DNA from: a bacterium
GTDB taxonomy: Bacteria; Patescibacteriota; Saccharimonadia; UBA4664
Assembly (NCBI GenBank): GCA_016699105.1
Contig: CP064960.1
Coordinates: forward strand, 392,727 to 456,726
Reading direction: 5' to 3'
DNA length: 64,000 bases
Shown: piece after piece, positions 9,925 to 20,451 of the stretch
Numbering within the stretch: position 1 is the stretch's first letter
How the letters are laid out: each line of letters begins with the position of its first letter
Position numbers and translations under genes: made by a program
Notes under the pieces: generated by a model
Database searches by the model: none
The model's input: only the letters and a program-made list of their open reading frames with translations
What the model was told of the DNA's origin: nothing

Positions 9925-11178
9925 TCACCTCCGATGGGTTTTGTTGAGCCCATTGTACACTGCAACCGACAGTGGCAAGAATAGAACTAATTGCCATAAG
10001 TAGACTACTTCATAGGACTGGTCGGCTGTTTGCCACAGCAAGAGCATGGGGGCAATATAGAGCAACCGATACATCGTGCTGCCAAGGCTACCCACGGTAC
10101 TGCGCATGGACTCCGGGGTATCAGCCATAACGATGGGGTTTGAGACGCGTCCAAACCAGCCACGCGCAATGGCCATGAGTCCGAAACACCAGACCGTGGC
10201 GGCATTGACGTTGATAGCGAAGGCTAGCATTGCACTGAAAACGAGGATGGCGCCAGCTCGAAATTTACTATGCGGTCGAGCATTGGCGTACCACCGATTG
10301 ATGGGTGGCAAAGTTGGCAGAAGATTGCCGGCGAAAGACAATGCCAGCTGCAGAGCCCACACAGTACCAATGAGGCTGGCAGGAGCGCCAGTAGCAATAA
10401 GCATCGGTGTGATGAGCCAGATACTTGAGTGTGTCAGCTCTGAACCCACAGCTTGAGCTACTAATGACCACGCCAGCCGGGGAGTCTTGAGGGCATAGTT
10501 AATAATACCGCCCATATCCAACCAAGCGTGTTTGGTGAATTGCCAAGCGCCCGTGAGTACGGCGTGACCATTGGAGCGCAAGGGCCCGGTCTCGACCATG
10601 AAATATACCAACGTCGCACCAATTAGGGTGAAAAATGCTGACAATATCATGCTCAGTCGAGCGCCTTCTAGTCCGAGCCAACCGCCAATGAGCATACTCG
10701 GTATGCCGGCGGCCAGGACGGCTAATTGTTGCTGGCCCTGATGGTGATCATAGACATCAGCTGCAGCACCTTTGGATGGTGATAAGCGTTGGCTATACCA
10801 CTTAAGCAGTGACTTATCGGCATCGCTGGATGTGGCCATACCGAGTCCTAAAACTATTTCGGCGATTACTGCCATGGGGAAGTTTGGGCTGATAGCATAG
10901 AGTAGCCAACCGGTGGCCGCGATTATATCGCCAATCATATTTGCCTTACGGGGGCTGATTCTGTCGGCAAGGTATCCAGTAGGGATATTCGCCACAATCA
11001 TGACAACCATGAAGACCAACTGGAGGGCTACGATCTGCCCCCAGCCCATACCTAATGTTATCTGCCAAAACAGGGTGATAACAGGCATGGTCATGATGGT
11101 ATTGGTGAGGGCGCCTTCCAGCTTGAGCAATGCAATACTACGATTGAGTGCTGGTTGAGATGGAATAGTTGGATTCAT
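9925..11178 (-). CDS. MFS transporter
   Basis: 417 aa with 12 predicted hydrophobic segments and an MFS-like loop motif; intact. Confidence 0.75.
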   Translation of the reverse strand: MNPTIPSQPALNRSIALLKLEGALTNTIMTMPVITLFWQITLGMGWGQIVALQLVFMVVMIVANIPTGYLADRISPRKANMIGDIIAATGWLLYAISPNFPMAVIAEIVLGLGMATSSDADKSLLKWYSQRLSPSKGAAADVYDHHQGQQQLAVLAAGIPSMLIGGWLGLEGARLSMILSAFFTLIGATLVYFMVETGPLRSNGHAVLTGAWQFTKHAWLDMGGIINYALKTPRLAWSLVAQAVGSELTHSSIWLITPMLIATGAPASLIGTVWALQLALSFAGNLLPTLPPINRWYANARPHSKFRAGAILVFSAMLAFAINVNAATVWCFGLMAIARGWFGRVSNPIVMADTPESMRSTVGSLGSTMYRLLYIAPMLLLWQTADQSYEVVYLWQLVLFLPLSVAVYNGLNKTHRR

Positions 11179-11292
11179 TGTTTTAGCCTTTCGCTAAATG
11201 AGGAGGTGTTAGGTGCTCGCTACTGAGTTTTTCAGGAGCGAAAGCGGGCGTCCGACCGGTTAATTGGAAAAATTAATGAATGAACAAAAAAC

Positions 11293-11311
11293 CTCCGGGG
11301 TGGTCGGAGGC
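11293..11311 (-). terminator. hairpin plus T6 intrinsic-terminator-like element on the minus strand with no upstream minus-strand gene
   Basis: CCTCCG-gggtggt-CGGAGG. On the minus strand it is followed by TTTTTTG. It lies in the 355-bp divergent MFS/ftsK intergenic region. Confidence 0.35.
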
Positions 11312-11534
11312 TCGCTATCGATTCGGATGTAGTACTAAATAATGAGTATTACGAAACCATAGGAGCCACATTTTGGGCCAAGGCAAAGCTAAACGAACCG
11401 ACATGGGTACGGTTAGCTGGGGCACAAATTGTGGTCATTTGGTTTAACATGATTGCGCTACTTTATCAACATTTCGGTACTTTGTCAATTTTCTTATGTT
11501 TAACAATGCTTACGGTCTGATATAATGGGCGCGT

Positions 11535-13763
11535 ATGGCAAATCGAAAGTCAAAAGCTAAATCCAAATCCACACCGCGGAGACGCGGCCGCCAAGTTAAA
11601 GCCCAAATGGCTCCGGAATCAAAACGGCAGATAGGCGGCGTGATTATGGCTGCGTTGGCGGTACTGTTTGGCCTGGGGGCTATGGGCTTGGGCGGTACGG
11701 CAGTAGTTGGGTTGTTTGATGGTGCACGGTTGGCTATTGGTTATGCGGCCTACCTGTTGTGGCTGACCTGCGGTTTGTTGGCGTGGATGCTGTTCTTGCC
11801 GGCTGAACGTACGGTACAGGGTTGGAATTATTTTGGGCATATCGGATTGTTATTTAGCCTGGCCACACTGTTCCATTTGCCATTGGTGGAACCAAATGGG
11901 CTACTGAAGGCTCAGGCGGGTGAAGGTGGGGGAGTCATTGGCTATAACATGGCTGTCGGCTTGCTGACAATTGTGAATGGTTTGGCGGGTACTGTTATCT
12001 TGATCGCGTTGGTGCTGGTATTTTTGATTGTGGCTACCAATGCCAGTTTGCGCAATGTAGCGGCGACCTTGGCACTGCTGTTTACGCGTTCAAAGGCTGA
12101 AACTGAGGCTGAGGCCGTGCCCGATGAAGCGGCGGCGCTAGCGGGCTTGAAAGTAAATGACAATTCAGGCGCTTCGGTGACGACCCTACCGATGCGTGGT
12201 GAATTGAATTTGGGATCGGTACCGCCTCGCAAATTACCACAGCCAATGCCAGTAGCTCCCGTACCAGCTGAGGCACTGACGGCAAATTCCGAGGAAGCCT
12301 GGACATCGCCAGCGCTGGATCTGTTGTCGGCTGTTGGTTCAAAAGCTGATGCCGGTGACGTGAAGGCCAATGCCACGACTATCCAGCAGACATTGGAGAG
12401 CTTTGGTATTAATGTCACGATGGCTGAAGTTAATGTCGGTCCGACCGTTACGCAATACACGTTCACACCGCCAGCTGGCGTGAAGCTCAATAAGATCACG
12501 GGACTGGATACCAACCTGGCTTTGAGTCTGGCGGCGCATCCAATCCGGATAGAAGCGCCAATTCCGGGAAAGAGTGCGGTGGGAGTTGAGATTCCCAATA
12601 AGAGCATTGCGGTGGTGCGATTACGTGGTGTTTTGGAGTCTCCCGAATGGAAGAAAGAGTCGGCGCCGTTGACGTTTGCGCTTGGTCGTGATGTGTCGGG
12701 TATACCGATGACGACCGATTTGGCGAAAATGCCACATATGCTCATCGCGGGCGCTACGGGCTCGGGAAAGTCGGGTATGATCAACTCGTTGCTGACGAGC
12801 TTGCTCTATCGCAGCTCACCAAATGACTTGAAGCTGATTTTGGTCGATCCCAAGCGAGTCGAACTTGGTTTATACAATGACATCCCACATTTGCTGACGC
12901 CAGTGATCGTGGAACCTGAGAAAACTATTTCGGCTCTGAAATGGGCGGTCGCTGAAATGGAGCGCCGATACAAGTTATTGGCCGAAGTCGGCAATCGAAA
13001 TATCATCGAGTACAACAAAGCTCATCCAGATGAGGCCATGCCGTACATTGTGATTATTATCGATGAGATGGCCGATTTGATGGTATTGGCAGCGGCAGAC
13101 GTTGAATCACTCATTGTACGTCTAGCGCAAATGGCGCGGGCGATTGGTATCCATTTGGTGCTGGCTACCCAGCGACCGAGTGTGGATGTGATTACCGGTA
13201 TCATCAAGGCCAATATTCCGGCGCGGTTGGCGTTTAGTGTGGCGAGCCAAGTGGACTCACGCACAATTTTGGATCAGATGGGCGCCGAAAAACTATTGGG
13301 TAAAGGCGACATGTTATTTATGAGCCCAGACTTTATGAAACCCCGGCGTATTCAAGGTGCTTGGGTGGATGAAAAAGAAGTCAAAGCCGTGACCGATTTC
13401 TTGCGCACGGTACGGCCGCCGCAATACAACGAAGAGATTTTGGCTCAAAAAGTATCTATTGGTGGCCGCAGTGTCGGGGGCGGGGGTGAGATGGGTGAGC
13501 CCGACGATGACATGTTTGATGAGGCGGCTGAAGCGGTATTCCGGGCCGGTAAGGCGTCGGCCAGTATGCTCCAACGGCGATTACGCATTGGTTATGCCCG
13601 GGCTGCCAGGTTACTCGACTTACTGGAAGAGCGGGGGATCATCGGCCCGGCTGATGGTGCCCGGCCTCGTGACGTGCTTATATCTGACTTGAGTCAAATT
13701 CGCGGTACCACTAGTGGGGTAGTGGCAGCTGAGATGCGGCCAGCGGAGCCGTTCGACGATTAG
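11535..13763 (+). CDS. ftsK: DNA translocase FtsK/SpoIIIE
   Basis: N-terminal TM segments, Walker A GATGSGKS, IIIDEMADLM, ATQRPSVDVITG, and a C-terminal gamma domain; 742 aa, intact. Confidence 0.9.
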   Translation: MANRKSKAKSKSTPRRRGRQVKAQMAPESKRQIGGVIMAALAVLFGLGAMGLGGTAVVGLFDGARLAIGYAAYLLWLTCGLLAWMLFLPAERTVQGWNYFGHIGLLFSLATLFHLPLVEPNGLLKAQAGEGGGVIGYNMAVGLLTIVNGLAGTVILIALVLVFLIVATNASLRNVAATLALLFTRSKAETEAEAVPDEAAALAGLKVNDNSGASVTTLPMRGELNLGSVPPRKLPQPMPVAPVPAEALTANSEEAWTSPALDLLSAVGSKADAGDVKANATTIQQTLESFGINVTMAEVNVGPTVTQYTFTPPAGVKLNKITGLDTNLALSLAAHPIRIEAPIPGKSAVGVEIPNKSIAVVRLRGVLESPEWKKESAPLTFALGRDVSGIPMTTDLAKMPHMLIAGATGSGKSGMINSLLTSLLYRSSPNDLKLILVDPKRVELGLYNDIPHLLTPVIVEPEKTISALKWAVAEMERRYKLLAEVGNRNIIEYNKAHPDEAMPYIVIIIDEMADLMVLAAADVESLIVRLAQMARAIGIHLVLATQRPSVDVITGIIKANIPARLAFSVASQVDSRTILDQMGAEKLLGKGDMLFMSPDFMKPRRIQGAWVDEKEVKAVTDFLRTVRPPQYNEEILAQKVSIGGRSVGGGGEMGEPDDDMFDEAAEAVFRAGKASASMLQRRLRIGYARAARLLDLLEERGIIGPADGARPRDVLISDLSQIRGTTSGVVAAEMRPAEPFDD

Positions 13764-13790
13764 AGCAGATGTGTACTGTACAATGGGTGC

Positions 13791-14330
13791 ATGAGCGAAG
13801 TACCATCATTTGATTCAGTAGACCACCACGAGCGACCAGCCATGGATGCGGCATTGACTGCAACTGACCTTCAGCTCGTGATTGAACAATGCGAGATTCA
13901 GGAAGCGACGAGTCCGGAGCAGATTGCCGGTATGCAAGCGGCATTTAGTGACGCCAAACGATGGGCCATTGAATCGCAGGGTTTAGCCTTGGAACCTGAT
14001 CAGGTATTGGAGCGGGTAGCTCAGTGGGCGCAACTAATTGAAGCTCAAAAAAATCACAACGGACAACATCGGATAACGCCGGTTACATTTCGTGATGGCA
14101 GTACCGGTGAGACGGCCGACAATATTCCAGCGGCCTTACGGCAATGGAGTATCGGTTACGCCACCGACGAATATGACCCCGCAACAGGCTACTATGAATT
14201 TGAAAAAATTCATCCGTTTGTAGATGGAAATGGACGGGTCGGGCATTGCTTATGGGCAGTTGCTGAATACCGCTCAACTGGTGAGTGGCCGCACGCATTG
14301 CCACCAGATGTATTTGGCAATGTCGAGTAG
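13791..14330 (+). CDS. Fic/Doc family protein (short form)
   Basis: HPFVDGNGRVGH matches the Fic motif HPFx(D/E)GNGR; 179 aa. Confidence 0.7.
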   Translation: MSEVPSFDSVDHHERPAMDAALTATDLQLVIEQCEIQEATSPEQIAGMQAAFSDAKRWAIESQGLALEPDQVLERVAQWAQLIEAQKNHNGQHRITPVTFRDGSTGETADNIPAALRQWSIGYATDEYDPATGYYEFEKIHPFVDGNGRVGHCLWAVAEYRSTGEWPHALPPDVFGNVE

Positions 14331-15278
14331 TGCTCCAAACAAACGAGTAGTCGGTCCGCAGCTCAAAGCTCGGCGGCAATCTTTGCGTATGAGCCTGGCT
14401 CAAGTGGAGGTTGCGACTAAGATTCGAGGCAAGTATTTGATTGCTTTGGAGGCTGGCGAGTATGAGAAGCTGCCGAATGATATTTATTCGCGGGGGTTTG
14501 TGCAGAACTACGCGAATCATCTGGGTTTGGACGGGACGGTAGTGGCGGCTGATTATGCGCTTGAGCGTGGGGTATCGAAAAAGGCGAGACCAAAGGGCCT
14601 CAGCTGGAGCGACCCGCAAAATTGGTATTCACGGGTAGAATTGTGGCCGTGATTGGCATTGTGGCTGTGGTTGTGACCGTGTTAGGTTATTTGTTGTGGC
14701 AGATGTCGGCTTTGGCGGGGGCGCCGCGGCTAACTATCACCAATCCTGATCAAGACTTGACGATTACCGGTAGTGTCGTCGAAATTCGCGGCTCAGCGAC
14801 ACCAGGTTCGGATGTATTCATTGATACTTCACCAGTACTCGTTGATACCGATGGCAACTTTGCCGAAAAAGTGGCGGTGCAAGATGGAATCAATGAAATT
14901 ACAGTACTCGCGCGTAGTAAATTGGGAAAAGAGACCAAGATTACCCGCAATATTTTAGCTAGTATACCGAAGGTTGAGTTGGCTCAAGCACAAGTTCCGC
15001 TCGTAGTGTTTGATGGTGTGGCAGTCGTAGTGAGCGTCAAGGAGACTACATCGATGGTAGTGCTGGTAGACGGAAAAGAAGTTTGGAGAGGCACGGTCAT
15101 TGCCGGCTGGTCGCGATTATTTACTGGTAAAGATACTATCAATATCACGTCAGGAAACGCTGGCGCTACGACAGTGCAGATTACAAATAAACTGGTGGCG
15201 GCCAAAGACTTGGGTATCATTGGAGCGATCGGTGAAGTGCGTCGTAATCAGATATTTAGTAAAGACAGTACTTTTTAA
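14320..15278 (+). CDS. RodZ-like protein (XRE-type HTH plus TM plus C-terminal domain), frameshifted near 14640
   Basis: LKARRQSLRMSLAQVEVATKIRGKYLIALEAGEYEKLPNDIYSRGFVQNYANHLGLD resembles RodZ. The TM and DUF4115-like part sits in the next ORF in another frame. Confidence 0.6.
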
Positions 15279-15311
15279 CTGTTATAATAACCCCAGTAAC
15301 TACGGAGGCGG

Positions 15312-15812
15312 ATGATGGCTAAAGATTTTTCATTTGATGTGGTCAGCGATTTTAATGCCGCTGAAATGCTTAACGCGATTGATCAAGCTCAACGAGAGTT
15401 GGCACAGCGATATGATTTTAAGGGCACTTCGGCGGCGGTGGACTTTGCAGATGGCAAAAGTGGTCTCGATTTAGCGGGAGATAGCAAAAACCAACTCGAC
15501 GCAATTGTCGATGTGATCCAAGGTAAGCTACTTAAACGGGGTGTGCCTCTGACCGTATTGGATTTGAGCAAAGATCCAGTTCAGGGCGGCAAAGAGATGC
15601 GTTGGAATATACCGTTCAAAAAAGGTTTAGATCAGGATAAGGCCAAACAAATTACTAAGTATGTTCGAGAAATTGCTCCCAAGTCGAAGAGCCAAATTCA
15701 GGGCGACACGGTTCGGGTGAGTAGTACAAGCAAGGATGATTTACAAAGCGTGATGGCTGGTTTGCGGGCGAAAGACTTTGATTTTCCATTGGATTTTGTG
15801 AACTTGCGATAA
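15312..15812 (+). CDS. yajQ: YajQ family nucleotide-binding protein (UPF0234)
   Basis: FDVVSDF...QRYDFKG...IQGDTVRVSSTSKDDLQSVMAGLRAKDFDFPLDFVNLR aligns along the full length with YajQ. Confidence 0.75.
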   Translation: MMAKDFSFDVVSDFNAAEMLNAIDQAQRELAQRYDFKGTSAAVDFADGKSGLDLAGDSKNQLDAIVDVIQGKLLKRGVPLTVLDLSKDPVQGGKEMRWNIPFKKGLDQDKAKQITKYVREIAPKSKSQIQGDTVRVSSTSKDDLQSVMAGLRAKDFDFPLDFVNLR

Positions 15813-15828
15813 CTCCGGCGAAGAGGGG

Positions 15829-15857
15829 TTGACGTTTGGTTTTTGTGCGGTTACACT
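15829..15857 (+). promoter_or_regulatory. sigma70-like promoter candidate upstream of recA
   Basis: TTGACG, 17 nt, TACACT. No LexA/Cheo box was seen. Confidence 0.35.
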
Positions 15858-15972
15858 GAAGCAGCAATCAAGTTTTTTTAAGGTATGGATGTATTATGAA
15901 GAGCGATGAGCAGAAGACAGTAGAAACACCAGTAAAGAGACCAAGCGGTCGAGTGCTGAGCAAACCGAGCGG

Positions 15973-16942
15973 ATGAAAGCCATTGATTTGGCGGTGGCTC
16001 AAATTGAGAAGCAGTTCGGAACGGGATCAATAATGAAGCTCGGAGAGGCGCACAAAATTGACGTGGCGACCATTCCGACCGGATCGCTGTCACTCGATTT
16101 GGCTCTCGGTGGTGGTTTACCACAAGGCCGGATCATTGAAATCTATGGACCTGAGTCAAGTGGTAAAACGACCTTAGCGTTGCATGCGGTGGCTGAAGTC
16201 CAAAAGAACGGGGAGTGGCGGCATTCGTGGATGCTGAACACGCTTTGGATCCAGAATATGCGGCGCGCATTGGTATCGACTTAGACACCTTATTGATAAG
16301 CCAGCCTGATACGGGTGAACAAGCTCTCGAGATCACTGAAACATTGGTGCGAAGCCAAGCAGTTGATATTATCGTGCTGGATTCGGTGGCGGCACTTGTG
16401 CCTCGAGCTGAAATTGAAGGCGAGATGGGTGATGCTCACGTTGGTTTGCAAGCTCGACTCATGAGCCAAGCTCTACGCAAGCTAACGGTGTAATTTCCAA
16501 GAGCAAAACGACCGTCGTATTTCTCAATCAGCTTCGTTTAAAGATTGGTGTGATGTTCGGTAACCCTGAAACTACCGCTGGTGGCCAGGCGCTGAAGTAT
16601 TATGCCTCAGTTCGTATGGACATTCGTGGTACCGAGCAAATCAAGGATGGTGATCAATCAATCGGCAAGCACGTGAAGGTCAAAGTTGTGAAAAATAAGG
16701 TGGCTCCACCATTTCGGATTGCCGAATTTGACATCATGTTTAACGAAGGTATCTCTATCGCCGGAGACGTTTTGGACTTGGCCGTGAAACACGAATTGAT
16801 CCAGAAAGCTGGTGCCTGGTATTCGTATCAGAATGAAAAGATTGGGCAAGGACGCGAAGCAGCCAAGCAGTATGTCAAAGATCGTCCAGACCTCATGAAA
16901 CAACTGGATAGCCAAATCCGAAAATTGGCATCTGAGGCTTAA
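15973..16942 (+). CDS. recA: recombinase RecA, with two G-run frameshifts (about 16210-16213 and about 16486)
   Basis: [23 protein letters not shown], Walker [13 protein letters not shown], then (other frame) [39 protein letters not shown], then (third ORF) [25 protein letters not shown] possible N-terminal extension from 15896 is in another frame. Confidence 0.9.
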
Positions 16943-17034
16943 TTGCTAGATGAACCGGTAGACGACCGGCGGTTGAGAAGTACTTTGGGCAAGCGAGCGG
17001 TTATATCCTCAGAAGGGCCCGTAGTCGCCACGAG

Positions 17035-17415
17035 ATGCTGTCCTATATGAAACAGCGTGAATGGCCGGAGGAGGTTCGCGGAGCTGTAGTTGAGCGTTTG
17101 GAAAGAAGTGGGTTGCTCGACGATCATGAATTTGCACGCAGGTGGGTGGCTGATCGTCAAGCGCTCAGACCACGTAGCCGGCGAGAATTGGAACAGGAAC
17201 TGCGCGTCAAAGGTGTAGAAAAATCGGTTGTCGAGGAGGTGTTGCTCGAGCTTCCCGATGCGGTGGAGCTGGAGGCGGTGCAAAGCCTGATTGCCAAAAA
17301 AAGGCGAACCAATCGGTACAGTGACATTCAACTGAAAAACTGGCTGCTTAGGAAGGGTTTTGATTGGCGCCTAGTCCAAAAGGCCTTGTCATCAGATGAG
17401 GAGCCAAGGATTTAG
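17035..17415 (+). CDS. recX: RecX regulatory protein (true start may be near 16954)
   Basis: RecX-like helical repeats (ARRWVADRQALRPRSRRELEQELRVKGVEKSVVEEVL). The frame is open upstream to 16954 but has no canonical start there. Confidence 0.7.
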   Translation: MLSYMKQREWPEEVRGAVVERLERSGLLDDHEFARRWVADRQALRPRSRRELEQELRVKGVEKSVVEEVLLELPDAVELEAVQSLIAKKRRTNRYSDIQLKNWLLRKGFDWRLVQKALSSDEEPRI

Positions 17416-17890
17416 TATCCTGTACGACTATTTTGTGGGTGGTTATTTCAATGATTTGGCGACGATCGATAAATGGTTGATCACGACGAACGGTTCCAAA
17501 TAGCCCAGGTCGGACGTGCAACTTGTGAATATACCAATTCTCAGTTTCAAAACTAAAGTCATAGACAATACCGAGTCTTTTACCACTTTCTGTGTAAACG
17601 CCTTTGCGTAACGGCGAGTAATTCAGTTTCAATAACGGTTGTAGTCGCCAGACTTCATGGGGCGCTATTAGGTCGGTAGCACTGTTGATGATGACTTGGC
17701 GTTGATCGACATGTAAGACATCTGACGGTAACAGTAATTGGCGTTGTCTTGCCGAAGCGGTGTTGCACAGAAGTGCACAAATACGCAGGTCTGACGGATT
17801 GACGATCGCTTGGGCTATTTGTCCGGCTAGGTCGCTGTCTTGATAGCTGACGACCGGAGCATGCCGATATTGATGCCAGGTAGTTATCAT
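17348..17890 (-). CDS. hypothetical protein, PRC-barrel-like
   Basis: RKGVYTESGKRLGIVYDFSFETENWYIHKLHV. Local GC is lower. The gene is convergent with recX and their 3' ends overlap. Confidence 0.4.
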   Translation of the reverse strand: MITTWHQYRHAPVVSYQDSDLAGQIAQAIVNPSDLRICALLCNTASARQRQLLLPSDVLHVDQRQVIINSATDLIAPHEVWRLQPLLKLNYSPLRKGVYTESGKRLGIVYDFSFETENWYIHKLHVRPGLFGTVRRDQPFIDRRQIIEITTHKIVVQDTKSLAPHLMTRPFGLGANQNPS

Positions 17891-18060
17891 ATTTTGTAGT
17901 TACCTTTAGGATAATTGACTAAAGCAATACGATGTTTTACAATGATTTAGCTAATAAAGAATTAACCTTTTTGCGGCAGTTGGAGTCCTTAAATAAGATT
18001 GCCGCAATTCGCCCGGCTTGATTGCCGAAGGATGAATTTCCAGAGAAAGGATGTGTTGAT

Positions 18061-18447
18061 ATGCGAAAAGCATATGAATTGGTGGCATTACTGCACCCAG
18101 ACCTCGAGATTGATGTAGATGCACCGGTCGCCAAAGTAGAAGCATTGGTCGCAGCAGTAGGAGGTAAAGTCACTAAGCGTGATAATTGGGGTAAGAAGCG
18201 TCTAGCTTACCGTATTAAGCGCCAAGATTTTGCCATTTATATTTATTTTGAGCTTGACCTAGAGACCGAAAAGGTTCGCGAGTTTGAAAATACTATTTTG
18301 ATTACCGAGGAAGTACTGCGGCATATGCTCGTGATCAAAGAAGAAGTAGATAGGCCAGATCGTGACAAGAAGTCGGTCAAACCAGCAGATGACAAAGAGA
18401 CCGATAAACCGACTAATGATGTAGACGATATAGAGGGAGATAAGTAA
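18061..18447 (+). CDS. rpsF: 30S ribosomal protein S6
   Basis: MRKAYELVALLHPD...GKKRLAYRIKRQDFAIYIYFELD plus an acidic C-terminal tail. RBS aGAAAGGatg. Confidence 0.85.
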   Translation: MRKAYELVALLHPDLEIDVDAPVAKVEALVAAVGGKVTKRDNWGKKRLAYRIKRQDFAIYIYFELDLETEKVREFENTILITEEVLRHMLVIKEEVDRPDRDKKSVKPADDKETDKPTNDVDDIEGDK

Positions 18448-18908
18448 TGGCTAAGAGTTTTAACCAAGCAATTGTCATGGGTAATTTAACTAGGGATCCA
18501 GAACTACGAACTACACCCAGTGGACAGCAAGTAGCATCGTTTGCCGTGGCTACCAATCGCACGTGGATGGATACTAGTGGTGAACGCAAAGAGGCGGTGG
18601 AATACCATGAAATCGTGGCTTGGGGTAAACTCGGCGAACTGGCCGCTCAATATTTGGGCAAGGGCCGCAAAGTCATGGTTGTAGGCCGATTACAGACCCA
18701 AAGCTGGGAAAAAGATGGTGTGAAGCGCTCCAGAACTGAAATTGTAGCGACAGATATCAACTTTTTGGACGCACCGGGTGGTGCTGGCGGATTTACCGGT
18801 GGCGCTCCAGCTGGCGGCGGCGCAACAAGCTCGAAAAAATCGGATGACGTAGTCATTCGTGACCTTGACGGCGATCAAACGATTAATTTAGATGACATTC
18901 CATTCTAG
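18447..18908 (+). CDS. ssb: single-stranded DNA-binding protein
   Basis: OB-fold N-terminus, Gly-rich linker and C-terminal DDIPF. Confidence 0.9.
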   Translation: MAKSFNQAIVMGNLTRDPELRTTPSGQQVASFAVATNRTWMDTSGERKEAVEYHEIVAWGKLGELAAQYLGKGRKVMVVGRLQTQSWEKDGVKRSRTEIVATDINFLDAPGGAGGFTGGAPAGGGATSSKKSDDVVIRDLDGDQTINLDDIPF

Positions 18909-18919
18909 GAGAAGGTAAG

Positions 18920-19138
18920 ATGGCAAATTTTTATTCCAAAAAAGTATGCCGGTTTTGTGCCGAAAAGCTCGAAACCGTAGATTACAAAGACGTGAAGCTA
19001 TTACAGCGTTACGTATCGATGTACGGCAAAATTGAAGGCCGCAAACGGACTGGTAATTGCTTGCGACATCAGCGCCGGGTAGCTGTCGCGCTCAAGCGAG
19101 CACGTCACATTGCCTTGCTGCCCTTTGTGGTTCGGTAG
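18920..19138 (+). CDS. rpsR: 30S ribosomal protein S18
   Basis: [55 protein letters not shown]. Confidence 0.9.
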   Translation: MANFYSKKVCRFCAEKLETVDYKDVKLLQRYVSMYGKIEGRKRTGNCLRHQRRVAVALKRARHIALLPFVVR

Positions 19139-19147
19139 GCTAATAAT

Positions 19148-19714
19148 ATGGCGGTGCTAGGACACACAGATCTCAAGGTAGGGACGCTCATTGAGCTCGA
19201 CGGTGTACCGTATCGGGTGACGGATTATGCGCACAAGGCTATGGGTCGCGGTGGTGCGGTGGTGCAAGTTAAGATTAAAAATCTACAGACTGGTAACATC
19301 TTAGAAAAGTCATTCCGAACGGCGGACAAAATAAATTCGGCGGAAGTCATCCGCAGTAATGTCCAGTTGTTGTATCGGGAAGATGATAATTTCGTATTGA
19401 TGGACAATCAGACCTTCGACCAAGATACCGTGCCTGTAAAAATACTCGGTGACCAAGCCAAATACGTGGCTGAAGGGGCTACCATTCAGATATTACGCTT
19501 TGCTGGCAATGTCATTGGCATGGAAATGCCTAATGCGGTGCTTCTGGCCGTGACTCGAACTGAGCCCGGTGCCAAAGGTGATACGGCAACAACTGCCCTC
19601 AAGCCCGCCACTCTCGAGACTGGTGCCGAGATTATGGTGCCGCTCTTCATTAATGAAGGCGATAAAATTAAGGTAAACACCCTCAGTGGTGATTACCTGG
19701 AGCGCGCCAAGTAG
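19148..19714 (+). CDS. efp: elongation factor P
   Basis: KVGTLIELDGVPYRV...; 188 aa with three domains. Confidence 0.9.
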   Translation: MAVLGHTDLKVGTLIELDGVPYRVTDYAHKAMGRGGAVVQVKIKNLQTGNILEKSFRTADKINSAEVIRSNVQLLYREDDNFVLMDNQTFDQDTVPVKILGDQAKYVAEGATIQILRFAGNVIGMEMPNAVLLAVTRTEPGAKGDTATTALKPATLETGAEIMVPLFINEGDKIKVNTLSGDYLERAK

Positions 19715-19719
19715 TACCA

Positions 19720-20442
19720 GTGAAAAAGCGTCTTGATCATTTGCTTGTCGAACGTGGTTTGGCTCCCAGTCGAACTATCGCCCAAGCAATGATCATGGCG
19801 GGACAAGTATCCAGTGATTCGCGGCTCCTGGATAAGCCGGGTAGGCTGGTGCCAGTTGATGTTGTCTTGCACGTTAAGGCTCAGCATCGTTATGTGAGCC
19901 GGGCAGGCGACAAGCTTGCTAGTGTAGCTCAGGTGCTCGATGTGGATTTTGACGGCAAAACGGTTCTTGATGTTGGTTCGTCGACCGGTGGATTTACTGA
20001 TTTCGCGCTGCAGCAGGGGGCAATTAAGGTCTATGCCGTGGACGTTGGGACGGCTCAATTGGCATACAAATTGCAGAATGATGCCAGAGTAATCTCGATG
20101 GAAAAGACTGACATCAGAAAAGCTGTTCTGCCTGAGCAACCAGATATAGCCGTGGTGGATGTATCTTTTATAGCGCTGGAGAAGATTTTGCCAGCCATTC
20201 GTAATTTAGTCCGGCCTGATGGTGTGGTGCTCGTGATGGCTAAACCACAGTTTGAAGCAGGTAAAGCCGTAGCCGACCAGTATCGAGGCGTCATCCCCAT
20301 GGGACCGGTGCGCGACAAAATACTTGATACCCTTCGTGAACAGATTATTCGTATAGGCTTTGTAATTCGCAATGAAGCTGATTCTGGTTTAGCTGGTCAA
20401 TCTGGCAACGTGGAGCATTTCATGAAACTTGAGGCTACTTAA
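19720..20442 (+). CDS. tlyA: TlyA family rRNA 2'-O-methyltransferase
   Basis: S4-like N-terminus RLDHLLVERGLAPSRTIAQAMIMAGQV and SAM-MTase motif VLDVGSSTGGFTDFALQQGA. Confidence 0.85.
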   Translation: MKKRLDHLLVERGLAPSRTIAQAMIMAGQVSSDSRLLDKPGRLVPVDVVLHVKAQHRYVSRAGDKLASVAQVLDVDFDGKTVLDVGSSTGGFTDFALQQGAIKVYAVDVGTAQLAYKLQNDARVISMEKTDIRKAVLPEQPDIAVVDVSFIALEKILPAIRNLVRPDGVVLVMAKPQFEAGKAVADQYRGVIPMGPVRDKILDTLREQIIRIGFVIRNEADSGLAGQSGNVEHFMKLEAT

Positions 20443-20451
20443 GTCTTAGAA

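Noticed and set aside
11942-12784. 280-aa minus-strand ORF inside ftsK
   Set aside because: It is antisense to conserved FtsK. It has low-complexity Ala/Ser/Thr composition and no start context.
15813-15972. Looked for a LexA/Cheo SOS box upstream of recA
   Set aside because: No CGAACnnnnGTTCG or CTGTn8ACAG palindrome is present. Only a sigma70-like -35/-10 was seen.
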